Of a stretch of 64,000 bases of DNA, positions 42,242-52,836 are shown piece by piece. The translations under genes and the position numbers were made by a program. Positions within the stretch are counted from its first letter, which is position 1; each line of letters starts with the position of its first letter. The notes under the pieces are model-generated. The model made no database searches. It had not been told where the DNA came from and was given only the letters and a program-made list of their open reading frames with translations. This DNA comes from an uncultured Chloroflexia bacterium. GTDB taxonomy: Bacteria; Chloroflexota; Dehalococcoidia; SZUA-161. Location of the stretch: positions 2,324-66,323 of the forward strand of contig CAWHAI010000022.1 in assembly GCA_963827295.1 (NCBI GenBank), in the 5' to 3' direction.

Positions 42242-43633
42242 TCAAGGTTTTTTGTATCTCCAAACCGTTCCCTGGGGGTGTCCTCAAGGGTGACACCAAG
42301 TCGCTTGAGCTTATCGCGAATCTCGTCGGCGCGCCGCCATTCTTTCTTTCTCCGCATCTCGTCTCGTTCTTTGATAGTCGGTGCTATGACCTCGTTAATG
42401 TTAACGCTCTCATCGACAACTTGTAAGTAATATAGCGCTCTTGCGCAGAATTGAGTTCAGCCCAGCACTCTAGCAAGCTCCCGCAATGTCTTTTGAGCTT
42501 CAACTATATTCATACCTTCATCACGGCCGCGATTAATTTCCCGTGCCAGGTCGAAAAGAGCAGCTACGGCCTGCGGGGCTGTTGAAGTCATCGTCCATAG
42601 CCTCGATAAATCTCGACGATAAGGTTGTGGGTCTACTGTATTAGCTGTGGTTTCCTGAACATCAATGTAGGCTGTGTTGCGCAGCCTCTCCAGCCCCTTT
42701 TCAGTCGCTGTCCAGGTTCTCATCGGAGTAGGTTATGGGGCTGCGGTAATGAGAGCTGAGCACCCAGAGCCTGATGGCATCAGCACCATATTTCTCTAGA
42801 ACCTCCCTGATGCCTATCAGCTTCCCCGTAGACTTGCTCATCTTCTCCTCGCCCAATTGCATCAGCCCATTGTGCAGCCAGTAGCGAACAAAAGGTTTGA
42901 CGCCAGTGAAGGACTCAGACTGGGCGATCTCATTTTCGTGATGTGGGAAGATGAGGTCTTGCCCTCCGCCGTGGATATCCAGAGTCTGCCCCAGGTATTT
43001 GAGCGACATGGCAGTGCACTCGATATGCCAGCCTGGCCTACCCTGCCCCCAGGGGCTCTGCCACTGCGGCTCGCCTGGCTTGGCCGCCTTCCACAAGGTG
43101 AAATCCAGAGGATGTTCCTTGGCTTGGCCTACTTCAATGCGGGCACCTGCCATCATGCCGTCCAGAGTGCGATGGCTGAGCTTGCCGTAGTCGGGGTCGC
43201 TCTTCACCCGAAAATAAACATCGCCTCCCGCCTCATAGGCATGCCCTTTTCGTATCAAACCCTCGATGACCTCAAGCATCTTGGGTATTTCCTCAGTGGC
43301 CCGGGGGTAGACATCAGCCCGTTTTATATTAAGGGCATCCATGTCAGCAAAATATTGATCGATGAATTTCTGGGCTAGTTCCCTAGCTGAGATGCCAGAC
43401 TCGTTGGCACGGGCTATGATTTTATCATCTATGTCGGTGAAGTTCTGCACGTACTTTACTTTGTAGCCACGAAATTCAAGATAACGCCTGATAGTATCGA
43501 AGACGATGTAGCTCATGGCATGGCCGAGATGGCTGGGAGCATAAGGGGTGACCCCACAGACATACATCTTGACTGTATCGCTTTGGGGAATGAAATCCTC
43601 TTTGCGGCCGGACAGGGTATTATATATCTTCAT
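42242..43633 (-). CDS. cysS: cysteine--tRNA ligase (frame break ~42714, in-frame TGA 42457-42459, frame break at G-run 42274-42278)
   Basis: [16 protein letters not shown] (HIGH), KMSKS, and a C-terminus [15 protein letters not shown] recovered after restoring one C. Confidence 0.9.
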
Positions 43634-44106
43634 CAGGCTTTTTCCAGTAAAGCCACAGCATAGGCAGCGATTCCCTCTTCTCTCCCCGTGAAGCCCATGC
43701 CTTCGTTAGTGGTGGCTTTTATCCCAACCTGGCTGTCGCTGATAGACAAAGCTCGACTTATGTTCTGCTTCATCTGAGCAATAAAGGGTTGGAGAAAGGG
43801 GCGCTCCGCAATTATTGTAGCATCGATGTTGCCTACGCGCCAGCCCTGGGCCCTGAGCAAACCGCCGACGCTGTCAAGTAGAGTGATGCTGGAAATACCT
43901 TTATAGGCTGGGTCATTGGGAGGAAAGCGGCTTCCGATATCTCCCAAGGCTGCGGCGCCTAGCAGTGCATCCATTATGGCATGCACGAGGACGTCGGCAT
44001 CGCTCCAGCCCTCGAGGCCTTTGTCGAAGGGGATTTCCACGCCGCCTAGAATAAGAAGACGGCCCTTAGTTATTTGATGGGCGTCGTAGCCAATACCGAC
44101 GCGCAT
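43633..44106 (-). CDS. ispF: 2-C-methyl-D-erythritol 2,4-cyclodiphosphate synthase
   Basis: RVGIGYDAH...[11 protein letters not shown]...GDIG. Confidence 0.93.
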   Translation of the reverse strand: MRVGIGYDAHQITKGRLLILGGVEIPFDKGLEGWSDADVLVHAIMDALLGAAALGDIGSRFPPNDPAYKGISSITLLDSVGGLLRAQGWRVGNIDATIIAERPFLQPFIAQMKQNISRALSISDSQVGIKATTNEGMGFTGREEGIAAYAVALLEKA

Positions 44107-44822
44107 AAGGCCTCCGTGGTCGCAGGCTGCCCTGCCCCCTTCTTTTGCAAAAAGACCTCGGCCACCGCTAGGTCCTCAGGTGTGGTCACCTTTATATTAT
44201 GATAAGACCCCATGTAGACCTCAACCCTGTGACCCAGCTTTTCCACCAGCGCAGCGTCATCGGTGACCTCATCATCAGCCTGCCGATAGGCTTCCGCTAC
44301 CAAATCATAGCGAAAAACCTGGGGTGTTTGTGCAGCCCACAGGCTTTGGCGGGTCGGTGTCTGCTGGACGAAGCCGCGGCGAGATACAATCTTGATGGTA
44401 TCTTTAACTGGCACCCCAGCGATAGCAGCACCACTTTCTCGGGCTGTTATCAGCCCTCGTTCGATAAGGTCAGTACTGATACAAGGCCTAGCCCCATCGT
44501 GGATCACAACCCATTCGCAATCTATAAGCCGCCGCAGCCCTTCCTTGACCGAATCCTGACGCCTGGGCCCTCCCGGACACACAGCAATCACTTTATGCCA
44601 ATGGTGGTCCTTTATCAGCCTCCGACCTTGCTCCAGGCTCTTCTTCGCTAGCACAATAACTATCTCATCCACCAAGGAGCAATCGTTGAACACAGTTACC
44701 ACCTTGGCGAGAATGGGCTCTCCCACTAGGGTAGCAAAGACTTTGTCTATGCCACCCATTCGGCTGCTGGTGCCAGCAGCGACGATTATTACGCCGACCT
44801 TACCGCTTACTTCTTTCATCAA
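44070..44822 (-). CDS. ispD: 2-C-methyl-D-erythritol 4-phosphate cytidylyltransferase
   Basis: VIIVAAGTSSRMGG...DKVF...VIHDGARP. The 3' end overlaps ispF by 37 nt. Confidence 0.9.
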   Translation of the reverse strand: MMKEVSGKVGVIIVAAGTSSRMGGIDKVFATLVGEPILAKVVTVFNDCSLVDEIVIVLAKKSLEQGRRLIKDHHWHKVIAVCPGGPRRQDSVKEGLRRLIDCEWVVIHDGARPCISTDLIERGLITARESGAAIAGVPVKDTIKIVSRRGFVQQTPTRQSLWAAQTPQVFRYDLVAEAYRQADDEVTDDAALVEKLGHRVEVYMGSYHNIKVTTPEDLAVAEVFLQKKGAGQPATTEALCASVLATTPIK

Positions 44823-45879
44823 CAGGCTCTTTGGGTTGAGCGAAAATCATACGACCAGCCGCAGTTTGTAAAACCCTGGTAACAGCGATGCTGAGCTCGG
44901 TATTAAGATGGCGACGTCCCCCTTCGACCACCACCATAGTGCCATCGTCAAGGAAACCAATGCCCTGGCCTGGCTCCTTGCCCTCCTGAACGATGCGTAT
45001 CATTAGTTCCTCTCCGGGCAAGATAACAGGTTTGACAGCATTGGCCAGCTCGTTGACGTTCAGTACCTTTACGCCTTGAAGGGTGGCCACCCGATTTAGG
45101 TTGTAGTCATTGCTGACAATAGGGCAGTGGAGTGTTTTGGCCAACCTCACCAACTTGGAATCTACCTCATGAGTATCATCGAAGTCTATATCAGAAATCT
45201 GCACCGGGACATCTGTCCCTTTCTGAAGTTGAGTCAGCATCTCTAGGCCCCTCCTGCCCCGATTACGGCGTAGCGCATCAGGGGAATCAGCAATGTGACG
45301 AAGTTCATCCAGGACGAAGCGGGGGACGATCAGAGTGCCCTGTATGAAGCCTGTTTGGATAATGTCAGCAATTCGTCCATCTATGATGGCATTGGTGTCC
45401 AGTATAATAAGATTATTTCTGGCATCCCTATGCGTAGGCACGCCCGGGCTACCACTAAAAAAGAATCGGAGCACCGCAGGTCCCTGCAGGACCATGATTG
45501 GTACGAAGAGAAAGCACAAAAAGACACCGAGAATGAGAGGAGACCATTTGCCCCAAGGGTCCGGGAGCATCGATAAAGGAAGTGTCGCCAAGGCTGTAAT
45601 AACCAAGGCGAATGCCAGTCCTATACCCCCGGCCACAATGGCCTGCACCGGCAGCATCCTGGGCATTCTTTGGATGCGCCCTCTCAGCCAGCGCCACGGA
45701 CGTATAGTTAGATAGGGGGCGAGCAAATAGCCGAAGACATATCCACCGATAGAGAGAGCCAATATCCACGCTAACTCATCATTAGGATCTACTGTCCTCC
45801 CAGCGATGAATTTGCCTAGCCCCCATCCTCCGACGCCGATGACTATAGCGACAATTGCACGAAAAAGTACTCCCCGCAT
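44800..45879 (-). CDS. PIN/TRAM-domain membrane protein (YacL-like)
   Basis: 4 N-terminal TM helices, a PIN domain (ILDTNAIIDGRI), a C-terminal TRAM domain. Conserved yacL-ispD-ispF order. Confidence 0.8.
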   Translation of the reverse strand: MRGVLFRAIVAIVIGVGGWGLGKFIAGRTVDPNDELAWILALSIGGYVFGYLLAPYLTIRPWRWLRGRIQRMPRMLPVQAIVAGGIGLAFALVITALATLPLSMLPDPWGKWSPLILGVFLCFLFVPIMVLQGPAVLRFFFSGSPGVPTHRDARNNLIILDTNAIIDGRIADIIQTGFIQGTLIVPRFVLDELRHIADSPDALRRNRGRRGLEMLTQLQKGTDVPVQISDIDFDDTHEVDSKLVRLAKTLHCPIVSNDYNLNRVATLQGVKVLNVNELANAVKPVILPGEELMIRIVQEGKEPGQGIGFLDDGTMVVVEGGRRHLNTELSIAVTRVLQTAAGRMIFAQPKEPVDERSKR

Positions 45880-46228
45880 AAATACCGCTTCCCACCTGTT
45901 TTCGGCAGTTAAAAATAATATTTATATAAAACACTGCCTTCTCCGGAGGATAGGTCTCCTAAGAATTATTAATCCAAGAAGATAGTAGCATAACATCTGG
46001 GATAATGCAACACTACTGAATTTAAATCACATGCGAGTATCTAGAACAAACGGGGTGGTGAAAAATAGGATTTTTCCATGACAATAAAAAGAATGGGCGA
46101 ATATGCGAGCGGGGCAGGGTTCGTTCTTTAAAAAATGGAGGCCTCTGTCAGACAGTATGTACTTACCACTTATAATATGGATTTAATTTAGAAATGTTTT
46201 AATTTTGTTGCACCAGATGCAGGTTATG

Positions 46229-46717
46229 TCAACTTCGACGAAGCAGGCTGACCGCTACAACGACGCCAATGGCAAGTGCAACTAGTCCATATACACTGAC
46301 GAACGCATTAAAAAGACCCTGATCAGACGCCTCGATAAGGCCTCTAACGGCGTAGCTCACAACAACGCTTATCCCGGCGATTATCTGCAGGCCTGGGCCA
46401 CGTTTTCGGTTCACGGCCAAGCTCACCATTTCCCCCACGGCGTAGCCAATGCCTAAGGCTATAAAAAACAGAAGAAAGCCGCCAAGGGGTATAAAGTTCC
46501 AGATAGCGCCTAATACCGCGCCAGTTGCTAAGCCTGCTGCAATCGCCCTTATATAGAAAATAGTGGAGACTTCATAAACAGGCAGCTTTTTCAATGCGGC
46601 ACATTTCGGGCAGCGCAGTCCCACCGGAGTTTGAATCGCGCATTTGGGGCAGATGGGCTGCTCACATTTACCACACCTGAGGTCAGTCTCGATGTCGGGG
46701 TGGCGGGCACACCTCAT
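46229..46717 (-). CDS. B-box-type zinc-finger membrane protein
   Basis: CARHPD...[12 protein letters not shown]...CPKC, followed by 4 TM helices. Confidence 0.55.
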   Translation of the reverse strand: MRCARHPDIETDLRCGKCEQPICPKCAIQTPVGLRCPKCAALKKLPVYEVSTIFYIRAIAAGLATGAVLGAIWNFIPLGGFLLFFIALGIGYAVGEMVSLAVNRKRGPGLQIIAGISVVVSYAVRGLIEASDQGLFNAFVSVYGLVALAIGVVVAVSLLRRS

Positions 46718-47172
46718 TCCTGCTTTTCCCCCGGGGCCTCTCCAGAGCTAGTAAGGGCAAAGGTCAACTCGCCTTCAGCAACCGTTCTGTCCTCCACCAT
46801 CGCTTTAGCAGTGCCCTTGCCTATGGGGCCTCGCATCTTAGTGAGCTTTACCTGCAAGCGCAGGGTGTCCCCGGGAAGCACTGGCTTGCGAAAGCGAAAT
46901 CCGTCAACTCCGGCGAAGAGGACTATCTTGCCTTTGTTCTCAGCAAGGCTCAATATTGCCACGGCACCGACTTGGGCCAAGGCTTCGATAATAAGCACCC
47001 CTGGGAAGATAGGATAGCCCGGGAAGTGTCCCTGGAAGAAGATCTCGCCAGCAGAGATATTTTTGATCCCAACTGCTTCTTCACCTGGCTTTAAATCGAT
47101 AATCTTATCCACCAGAAGGAAAGGCCAACGGTGTGGAATAATCTGCTGAATCTCTCTGCAACCTAGCATCAT
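46714..47172 (-). CDS. fabZ: 3-hydroxyacyl-ACP dehydratase
   Basis: [11 protein letters not shown]...[23 protein letters not shown]. Confidence 0.93.
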   Translation of the reverse strand: MMLGCREIQQIIPHRWPFLLVDKIIDLKPGEEAVGIKNISAGEIFFQGHFPGYPIFPGVLIIEALAQVGAVAILSLAENKGKIVLFAGVDGFRFRKPVLPGDTLRLQVKLTKMRGPIGKGTAKAMVEDRTVAEGELTFALTSSGEAPGEKQE

Positions 47173-48012
47173 GAGCTTCCCCCCCTTCCTTGCTTCGATA
47201 GCGAGACAAGTTGCTCCACAGACTCTCGAGGTACGTCTACGCTGCCCATACTTGCGCCGATGCTGTCATCCAAACCGTGGTAGTCGCTGCCCCCGCAGGC
47301 TACAAGGTTGTGTTTCTTGGCAAGCCTCTTAAGCTGGTCTATCGTCTTCGAAGCGTAACCATTGTAGTAGATTTCGATGCCTACCATCCCTGCTCTTTTC
47401 AGTTCAAGGATAAAAGGCTCAAGGGATTCAATGTCCGCAGGATGGGCGAGGACTGGCAGGCCTCCAGCATTAATTACTAACTTAACTGCTTCAATGGGGA
47501 GCAGTTTTTTGCGTTCAACGTACGCAGGGCCATTGCGCCCGATATACTTGGTGAAAGCTTCCTGGAGAGAGGATATATATCCTCTCTCCAACATTGCCTG
47601 CGCGATATGAGGTCGCCCCACCGAACCCTCCCCAGCCAACTCCAAGCACCCTTCCCCAATCGATATGGACGCCTATCTCTGCGAGCCTGGCCACCATCTT
47701 CTTCCCCCGCTCGTAACGCGAATTACGCAGCTCCTCCAGAGCATGGTTGAATTCTGTATCGCGATAATTTATAAAATAGCCCAGGATATGAACCTCCCCC
47801 TTGGGGACATCTGTATTTATCTCTACCCCTGGTATTACCATGAGTTGGGGAAAGCTCTTAGCTACTTCAAGTGCAGGCGATATACCTCCTACCGAATCGT
47901 GATCGGTGATAGCGATCACATCGAGTTTAAGCTCTACCGCCTGTCGCACTAGCTCCTGCGGGGTTAACTTTCCGTCGGAGGCGGTGGTGTGAAGATGCAG
48001 GTCTGCCCTCAT
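47169..48012 (-). CDS. PHP-domain phosphoesterase (frame break ~47650)
   Basis: [12 protein letters not shown]...ITDHD in the first piece. [10 protein letters not shown]...LAHP...GGSDYHG in the second. Confidence 0.85.
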
Positions 48013-48014
48013 CT

Positions 48015-48782
48015 CTACGTCAGCTCCAGGTCAAGGCGGCATATGCTCAGTGCTCTGCCGCTGTTGTCTTCCGCATCTACCAGTACCGAGTTGAACATCG
48101 GATTCCCCTTCCCTACCGACAGGCGATGTGGCATCATGGTGAGAAACCTCTGAATTACCGAATCCGTATCATCACCAATGACCGAGTTTGTAGCTCCCAC
48201 CATGCCAACATCGCTGACGAAGGCAGTCCCCTTGGGCAAGATCCGTGTATCGATGGTGCCAACATGGGTATGGGTACCGAGCACCGCGCTAACTCGACCA
48301 TCCAGATACCAACCCAGGGCGACTTTCTCTGCGGTTGCTTCACCATGGAAATCGACCAGGATGACCTGCGGCCTGGGATTGACTTCTTCAAGCAGACAAT
48401 CCATAGCTCGAAAGGGGCAATCGAAGTGCCCCACAAAGACGCGCCCCATAAGGCTGACTACCATCGCTTTCTCTGTGATCAGATAGCCATGGCCTGGCAC
48501 GCCCGGCGGCATATTCAGCGGGCGCAGGACACGCGGCTCGTTTTCAATGTATGGAATAATCTCCTTATGGTGCCAGATGTGATTGCCCGAGGTGATGACA
48601 TCCACACCAGCTTGGAAGAGTTCCTGAGCAGTTTCCGGCGTAAGTCCAATGCCACCGGCGGCATTCTCTCCGTTGGCAACAATTAGGTCAATACCATGCT
48701 TTTCGCGCAACTCTGGCAGCAGCACCGATGTCGCTTTTCTTCCAGGTTTGCCTACCACATCGCCGACCATCAATATTCGCAA
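48015..48782 (-). CDS. YmdB-family (TIGR00282) metallophosphoesterase
   Basis: MRILMVGDVVGKPG...ANGENAAGG...GNHIW...DFHGEATAEK. Confidence 0.9.
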   Translation of the reverse strand: MRILMVGDVVGKPGRKATSVLLPELREKHGIDLIVANGENAAGGIGLTPETAQELFQAGVDVITSGNHIWHHKEIIPYIENEPRVLRPLNMPPGVPGHGYLITEKAMVVSLMGRVFVGHFDCPFRAMDCLLEEVNPRPQVILVDFHGEATAEKVALGWYLDGRVSAVLGTHTHVGTIDTRILPKGTAFVSDVGMVGATNSVIGDDTDSVIQRFLTMMPHRLSVGKGNPMFNSVLVDAEDNSGRALSICRLDLELT

Positions 48783-48803
48783 TAGGCCTCCCTTGGCTCT
48801 TTA

Positions 48804-50345
48804 TTACTTGGCATAATCCACTGCCCGTGTCTCGCGAATGACAGTGACTTTTATCTGCCCCGGGTACTCCAGGCTTTCCTCTATCCTCTTCACAATGTCC
48901 CTGGCTAACTTTGCTGCAGCCAGGTCATCTATCTCCTGAGGTTTGACCAGAATGCGAACCTCACGTCCAGCCTGGATAGCGAACGATTTCTCCACGCCGG
49001 GGAAACTCGAAGCCACATTCTCCAATGCCTCGAGTCGTTTCAAGTGTTGTTCCAGAGATTCTCGTCTCGCTCCCGGCCTTGAGCTGGAGATAGCATCAGC
49101 AGCAGAGACAATGAACCCGTAGACGCTGGTTGAGTCTGTTTCTCCGTGGTGCTCGCCAATAGCTCGAGACACTTCAGGGGATTTACCCAGCCGCCTCGTT
49201 AGGTCAGCGCCGATAGCAGCGTGGGGCCCCTCTACTTCCTGGTCTACCGCCTTACCGATGTCATGCAATAGTCCTGCTGTCTTAGATATGTTGACATTGA
49301 CCCCCAATTCAGAAGCAATCATCCCTGCCAAATACGATACTTCGATGCTGTGGATTAGCACATTCTGTCCATAGCTGAAGCGATACTTAAGTCTTCCAAG
49401 TAGCTTGATCAGTTCGGGATGGAGGCCAACCACCCCTGCTTTATACGCTGCTTGCTCCCCTTCGGTATGGATAATAGCATCCACTTCTTCCCTAGCCTTA
49501 GCCACTACCTCCTCAATGCGAGCAGGGTGGATGCGGCCATCGAGAATCAGAGTCTCCAGTGCCAGTCTGGCTATCTCGCGGCGTATTGGGTCGAAGCAGG
49601 AGATAGTCACCGCCTCGGGGGTATCATCTACTATCAGGTCCACGCCGGTAGCACTCTCCAGCGCTCTGATATTGCGGCCCTCACGGCCGATGAGGCGTCC
49701 CTTCATGTCATCTGAGGGCAAAGGTACTACCGATACCGTGGTTGTGGAGACGACATCGGTAGCACATCTTTGAATAGCAAAGGCAACGACCTCTCGAGCT
49801 TTTTGTTCTGACTCCTCTTTTAGCTGAGCCTCTACCTCCCGAATGCGCTTTGCCATATCCTGGCGTGTCTCCGCCTCGACTGCAGCCAATAGATGTTCTT
49901 TGGCCTCCGATGTGGACATGCCAGAGATAAGCTCAAGTTGATGTACTTGCTTTTTCTTGAACTCCTCGAGCTGTGACAGGGATTTCTCCATCTCTTTTTC
50001 CTTAGCACTAAGGCTACGCTCTCGGCGCTCAATGCCTTCGGTCTTGCGGTCGAGGTTCTCCTCTTTCTGGGCGATACGTCTTTCCTGGCGGTGGAGCTCA
50101 GCGCGGCGCCCTCTAGTCTCAGACTCGACCTCCGCCTTTATTTTTATTGCTTCCTCTTTAGCCTCCAGAAGCATCTCTTTCTGTTTAGTAGTAGCATCTT
50201 CGAGAACCTTGGCAGCATCTCTTCTGGCGAGGCGAATGCTCCTTGACATTATGATGTTGCGGATGAGGAAACCGATTGCCCCCCCAACAACTAGTGTTAC
50301 GATAGCTATCACTATTATATACACGACGTTCATTGTTATATTCAT
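48804..50345 (-). CDS. rny: ribonuclease Y
   Basis: N-terminal TM helix, coiled coil, KH domain ([15 protein letters not shown]), HD domain (LLHDIGKA). Confidence 0.95.
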   Translation of the reverse strand: MNITMNVVYIIVIAIVTLVVGGAIGFLIRNIIMSRSIRLARRDAAKVLEDATTKQKEMLLEAKEEAIKIKAEVESETRGRRAELHRQERRIAQKEENLDRKTEGIERRERSLSAKEKEMEKSLSQLEEFKKKQVHQLELISGMSTSEAKEHLLAAVEAETRQDMAKRIREVEAQLKEESEQKAREVVAFAIQRCATDVVSTTTVSVVPLPSDDMKGRLIGREGRNIRALESATGVDLIVDDTPEAVTISCFDPIRREIARLALETLILDGRIHPARIEEVVAKAREEVDAIIHTEGEQAAYKAGVVGLHPELIKLLGRLKYRFSYGQNVLIHSIEVSYLAGMIASELGVNVNISKTAGLLHDIGKAVDQEVEGPHAAIGADLTRRLGKSPEVSRAIGEHHGETDSTSVYGFIVSAADAISSSRPGARRESLEQHLKRLEALENVASSFPGVEKSFAIQAGREVRILVKPQEIDDLAAAKLARDIVKRIEESLEYPGQIKVTVIRETRAVDYAK

Positions 50346-50347
50346 TT

Positions 50348-51016
50348 CTAAAACCCTCTTTCTGTACTACAGGACTGCAGGTCGGGTTGTTGATTACCCT
50401 GCTCTTGCCATACCCGCTCAATAGTAAGATTTATTAATCCGTAGGCAAAACCGCGCTGCCTCAGAAAAGCCCCCAAACGTTTACGAAAGCTGGGGTAGTC
50501 CAACCCTGCAAGCGAGCTAGCTTTTCTTCTTGCTGCTCGATAGGCGCCAAGCTCATCATCAATCCCTGAAGTGGCCTCGGCGACAGTCTCAGCATCAACT
50601 CCCTTTTGCCTTAGCTCAAGGTCAATGAGTCGGCGGCTGCGAGGTTTAAAGTGCTCCCTGTTCTCACGCCAAAATCGAGCAAAGGAGACATCATCCACAA
50701 GCCTTTGCTCTCTTAATTTGGCAACCACCTCCTGGATAGTGTCAGTGTCGAAACCGTGACGACGCAGCCGGGCTCTTACCTCCGCCTCACTCCTGGGGCG
50801 CGGGCTCAGATACCTTAGCGCGCTATTAAACGAGCGATGAAGCAAGTCTGCTTTCTTAAGCCTCTCGATATCAGAAGGTGATAGCTTCTGCCCTTCTTGG
50901 AGGCCGAATTCAGCAGCCACAAGGGAGCCCAGACTGAAGGCGAAACCTCCGTCTAAAAATAGGTTGACCCTTCCCTTCTGCGCCTTCTGAGGCTCGATAG
51001 CAGTTACCGTCTTCAT
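50348..51016 (-). CDS. recX: recombination regulator RecX
   Basis: Immediately downstream of recA. Repeated three-helix pattern ([15 protein letters not shown]...). Confidence 0.8.
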   Translation of the reverse strand: MKTVTAIEPQKAQKGRVNLFLDGGFAFSLGSLVAAEFGLQEGQKLSPSDIERLKKADLLHRSFNSALRYLSPRPRSEAEVRARLRRHGFDTDTIQEVVAKLREQRLVDDVSFARFWRENREHFKPRSRRLIDLELRQKGVDAETVAEATSGIDDELGAYRAARRKASSLAGLDYPSFRKRLGAFLRQRGFAYGLINLTIERVWQEQGNQQPDLQSCSTERGF

Positions 51017-51102
51017 CCTAGTCCTCTGAATTCACTCAAACTGTGACAGCATTGGACATCTTATTGAGGGCCAGGCTGAGGTGCTGGGGGCGTTAGTTAG
51101 AG

Positions 51103-52137
51103 CTAGTCTTCAGATGAAGTCTCAGCAATGGGAGAGAAGAATTCTTTTTGTGCGCTAGCAGTTGCCCTGATTTGGCACTCCACTTCTTCGGCAAGGTCTT
51201 GGTGTTGCCTAAGATAGTCTTTAGCGCTCTCGCGGCCCTGACCAAGGCGGGTATCACCGAAGGAGAAGAAGGCACCGGCTTTCTTTATTATCCCCATCTC
51301 GACGCCCAGGTCGAGGATATCGCCCTGCTTGCTGATGCCTTGGCCGAACATGATGTCGAACTCGGCTGATTTGAAGGGGGGGGCGACTTTGTTCTTGACG
51401 ACCTTAGCTCTGATTCTGGTGCCTACTATTTTGGTGCCCGATTTAATGTTATCCACTTTCCTGAGATCGATTCTTACAGAGCTGTAGAACTTGAGAGCCC
51501 TGCCACCCGGCGTCACCTCCGGATTACCAAAGATAATGCCTACCTTCTCCCTCAACTGGTTAACGAATACCACCGCGGTTCGCGACTTACTAATAGCCGC
51601 TGACAATTTACGTAGCGCCTGGGACATTAACCGCGCTTGCAATCCGACATGGGACTCGCCCATCTCACCTTCGATCTCTGCCTTGGGAGCCAGAGCTGCC
51701 ACACTATCGATGGCCACAATATCTATCGCTCCGCTACGAACCAGAGTCTCGGTGATCTCCAGGGCTTGTTCTCCGGTATCAGGCTGGGAGACAAGCAGGT
51801 CATCCAGCTTAACACCGCAAGTGGCGGCGTAAGCAGGGTCAAAGGCATGTTCCACATCTATATAAGCCGCCTTCCCACCAGCTTTCTGTGCCTCAGCCAT
51901 GATGTGCTGGCACAGGGTAGACTTACCTGCAGCCTCAGGACCGAAAATCTCACTCACTCGCCCTCTAGGGATACCGCCAACACCGAGGGCCAAGTCCAAA
52001 GAGAGCGAGCCGGTGGGAATAACCTCAACCGCTACCCTTGCGGATGCCTCCCCCAGCCTCATGATCGAGCCCTTGCCGAATTGCTTCTCGATCTGGCTGA
52101 TCGCTATATCGAGCGCCTTCTCCTTCTCTGTCGCCAA
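51103..52137 (-). CDS. recA: recombinase RecA
   Basis: [21 protein letters not shown] Walker [20 protein letters not shown]. Confidence 0.97.
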   Translation of the reverse strand: MATEKEKALDIAISQIEKQFGKGSIMRLGEASARVAVEVIPTGSLSLDLALGVGGIPRGRVSEIFGPEAAGKSTLCQHIMAEAQKAGGKAAYIDVEHAFDPAYAATCGVKLDDLLVSQPDTGEQALEITETLVRSGAIDIVAIDSVAALAPKAEIEGEMGESHVGLQARLMSQALRKLSAAISKSRTAVVFVNQLREKVGIIFGNPEVTPGGRALKFYSSVRIDLRKVDNIKSGTKIVGTRIRAKVVKNKVAPPFKSAEFDIMFGQGISKQGDILDLGVEMGIIKKAGAFFSFGDTRLGQGRESAKDYLRQHQDLAEEVECQIRATASAQKEFFSPIAETSSED

Positions 52138-52330
52138 TCTCCTAACTCTCCCTAACTAACCTCCCACAGCCCATTCCTGGGCAACTCATCCTTAGCCAAT
52201 TTCATAGCATGATAGCATATCAGGGAAATAAATACAAGTGACTTGTTACGAGAATCCTGCGAGAATTATATTCAGTTGTTGCAAATCCCTCCGATTCTGA
52301 TTATAGTCAACAGATATAGGCCCTAGTTTG

Positions 52331-52834
52331 ATGATTAGACACGCAGTCGCTGACACTAAATTGGGATGGATAGGAATGGTTAGTTCTGAGAAAGGGCTGA
52401 CTTTTATTACACTTCCTGAAGCGTCTCGCAAAGCAGCACTATCCAAGATCAAAGGATTTATCAGCAATTCAGTAGAGGATGCCTCAGCTTTCGGTGACCT
52501 TCCCTCCCGCCTTCAGCATTACTTCGCTGGCAACAAGGTGAACTTTCCTGATAGGCTCGACCTCAGCGGCGCTACTGCCTTTCAGCAAGTTATCTGGAAT
52601 CTAACTCGCGCTATTCCTTACGGAGAAACGAGGAGCTACGCCTGGGTAGCCAGGCTGGGCGGAAGTCCAAGTGCATCGCGGGCGGTGGGAGGGGCACTGG
52701 CTAGAAATCGCTTGCCTATAATAGTGCCCTGCCATAGGGTGGTCGCCAGCGATGGCGGACTCGGGGGATTTAGCGGGGGCAAGGAGTTAAAAAAACAACT
52801 TCTTGACCTTGAGGCTCTCGCCTATAAGTGCTGA
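52331..52834 (+). CDS. ogt: methylated-DNA--protein-cysteine methyltransferase
   Basis: IPYGETRSY...ASRAVGGALARN...IIVPCHRVV. Confidence 0.9.
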   Translation: MIRHAVADTKLGWIGMVSSEKGLTFITLPEASRKAALSKIKGFISNSVEDASAFGDLPSRLQHYFAGNKVNFPDRLDLSGATAFQQVIWNLTRAIPYGETRSYAWVARLGGSPSASRAVGGALARNRLPIIVPCHRVVASDGGLGGFSGGKELKKQLLDLEALAYKC

Positions 52835-52836
52835 CT

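Noticed and set aside
44070-44106. Possible fused bifunctional IspDF hidden by a frameshift
   Set aside because: The ispF frame has a stop (TGA) about 70 nt upstream of its ATG, and ispF has its own GGAGG RBS. The two genes simply overlap by 37 nt.
45880-46228. 350-bp AT-rich intergenic region upstream of yacL, a candidate location for a structured ncRNA (SRP, 6S, RNase P, tmRNA)
   Set aside because: None of the conserved cores I know for those RNAs is present. It is most simply a divergent promoter region.
52138-52330. Expected LexA box upstream of recA
   Set aside because: No GAAC-N4-GTTC or half-site was found on either strand. I report this as an absence, not a feature.
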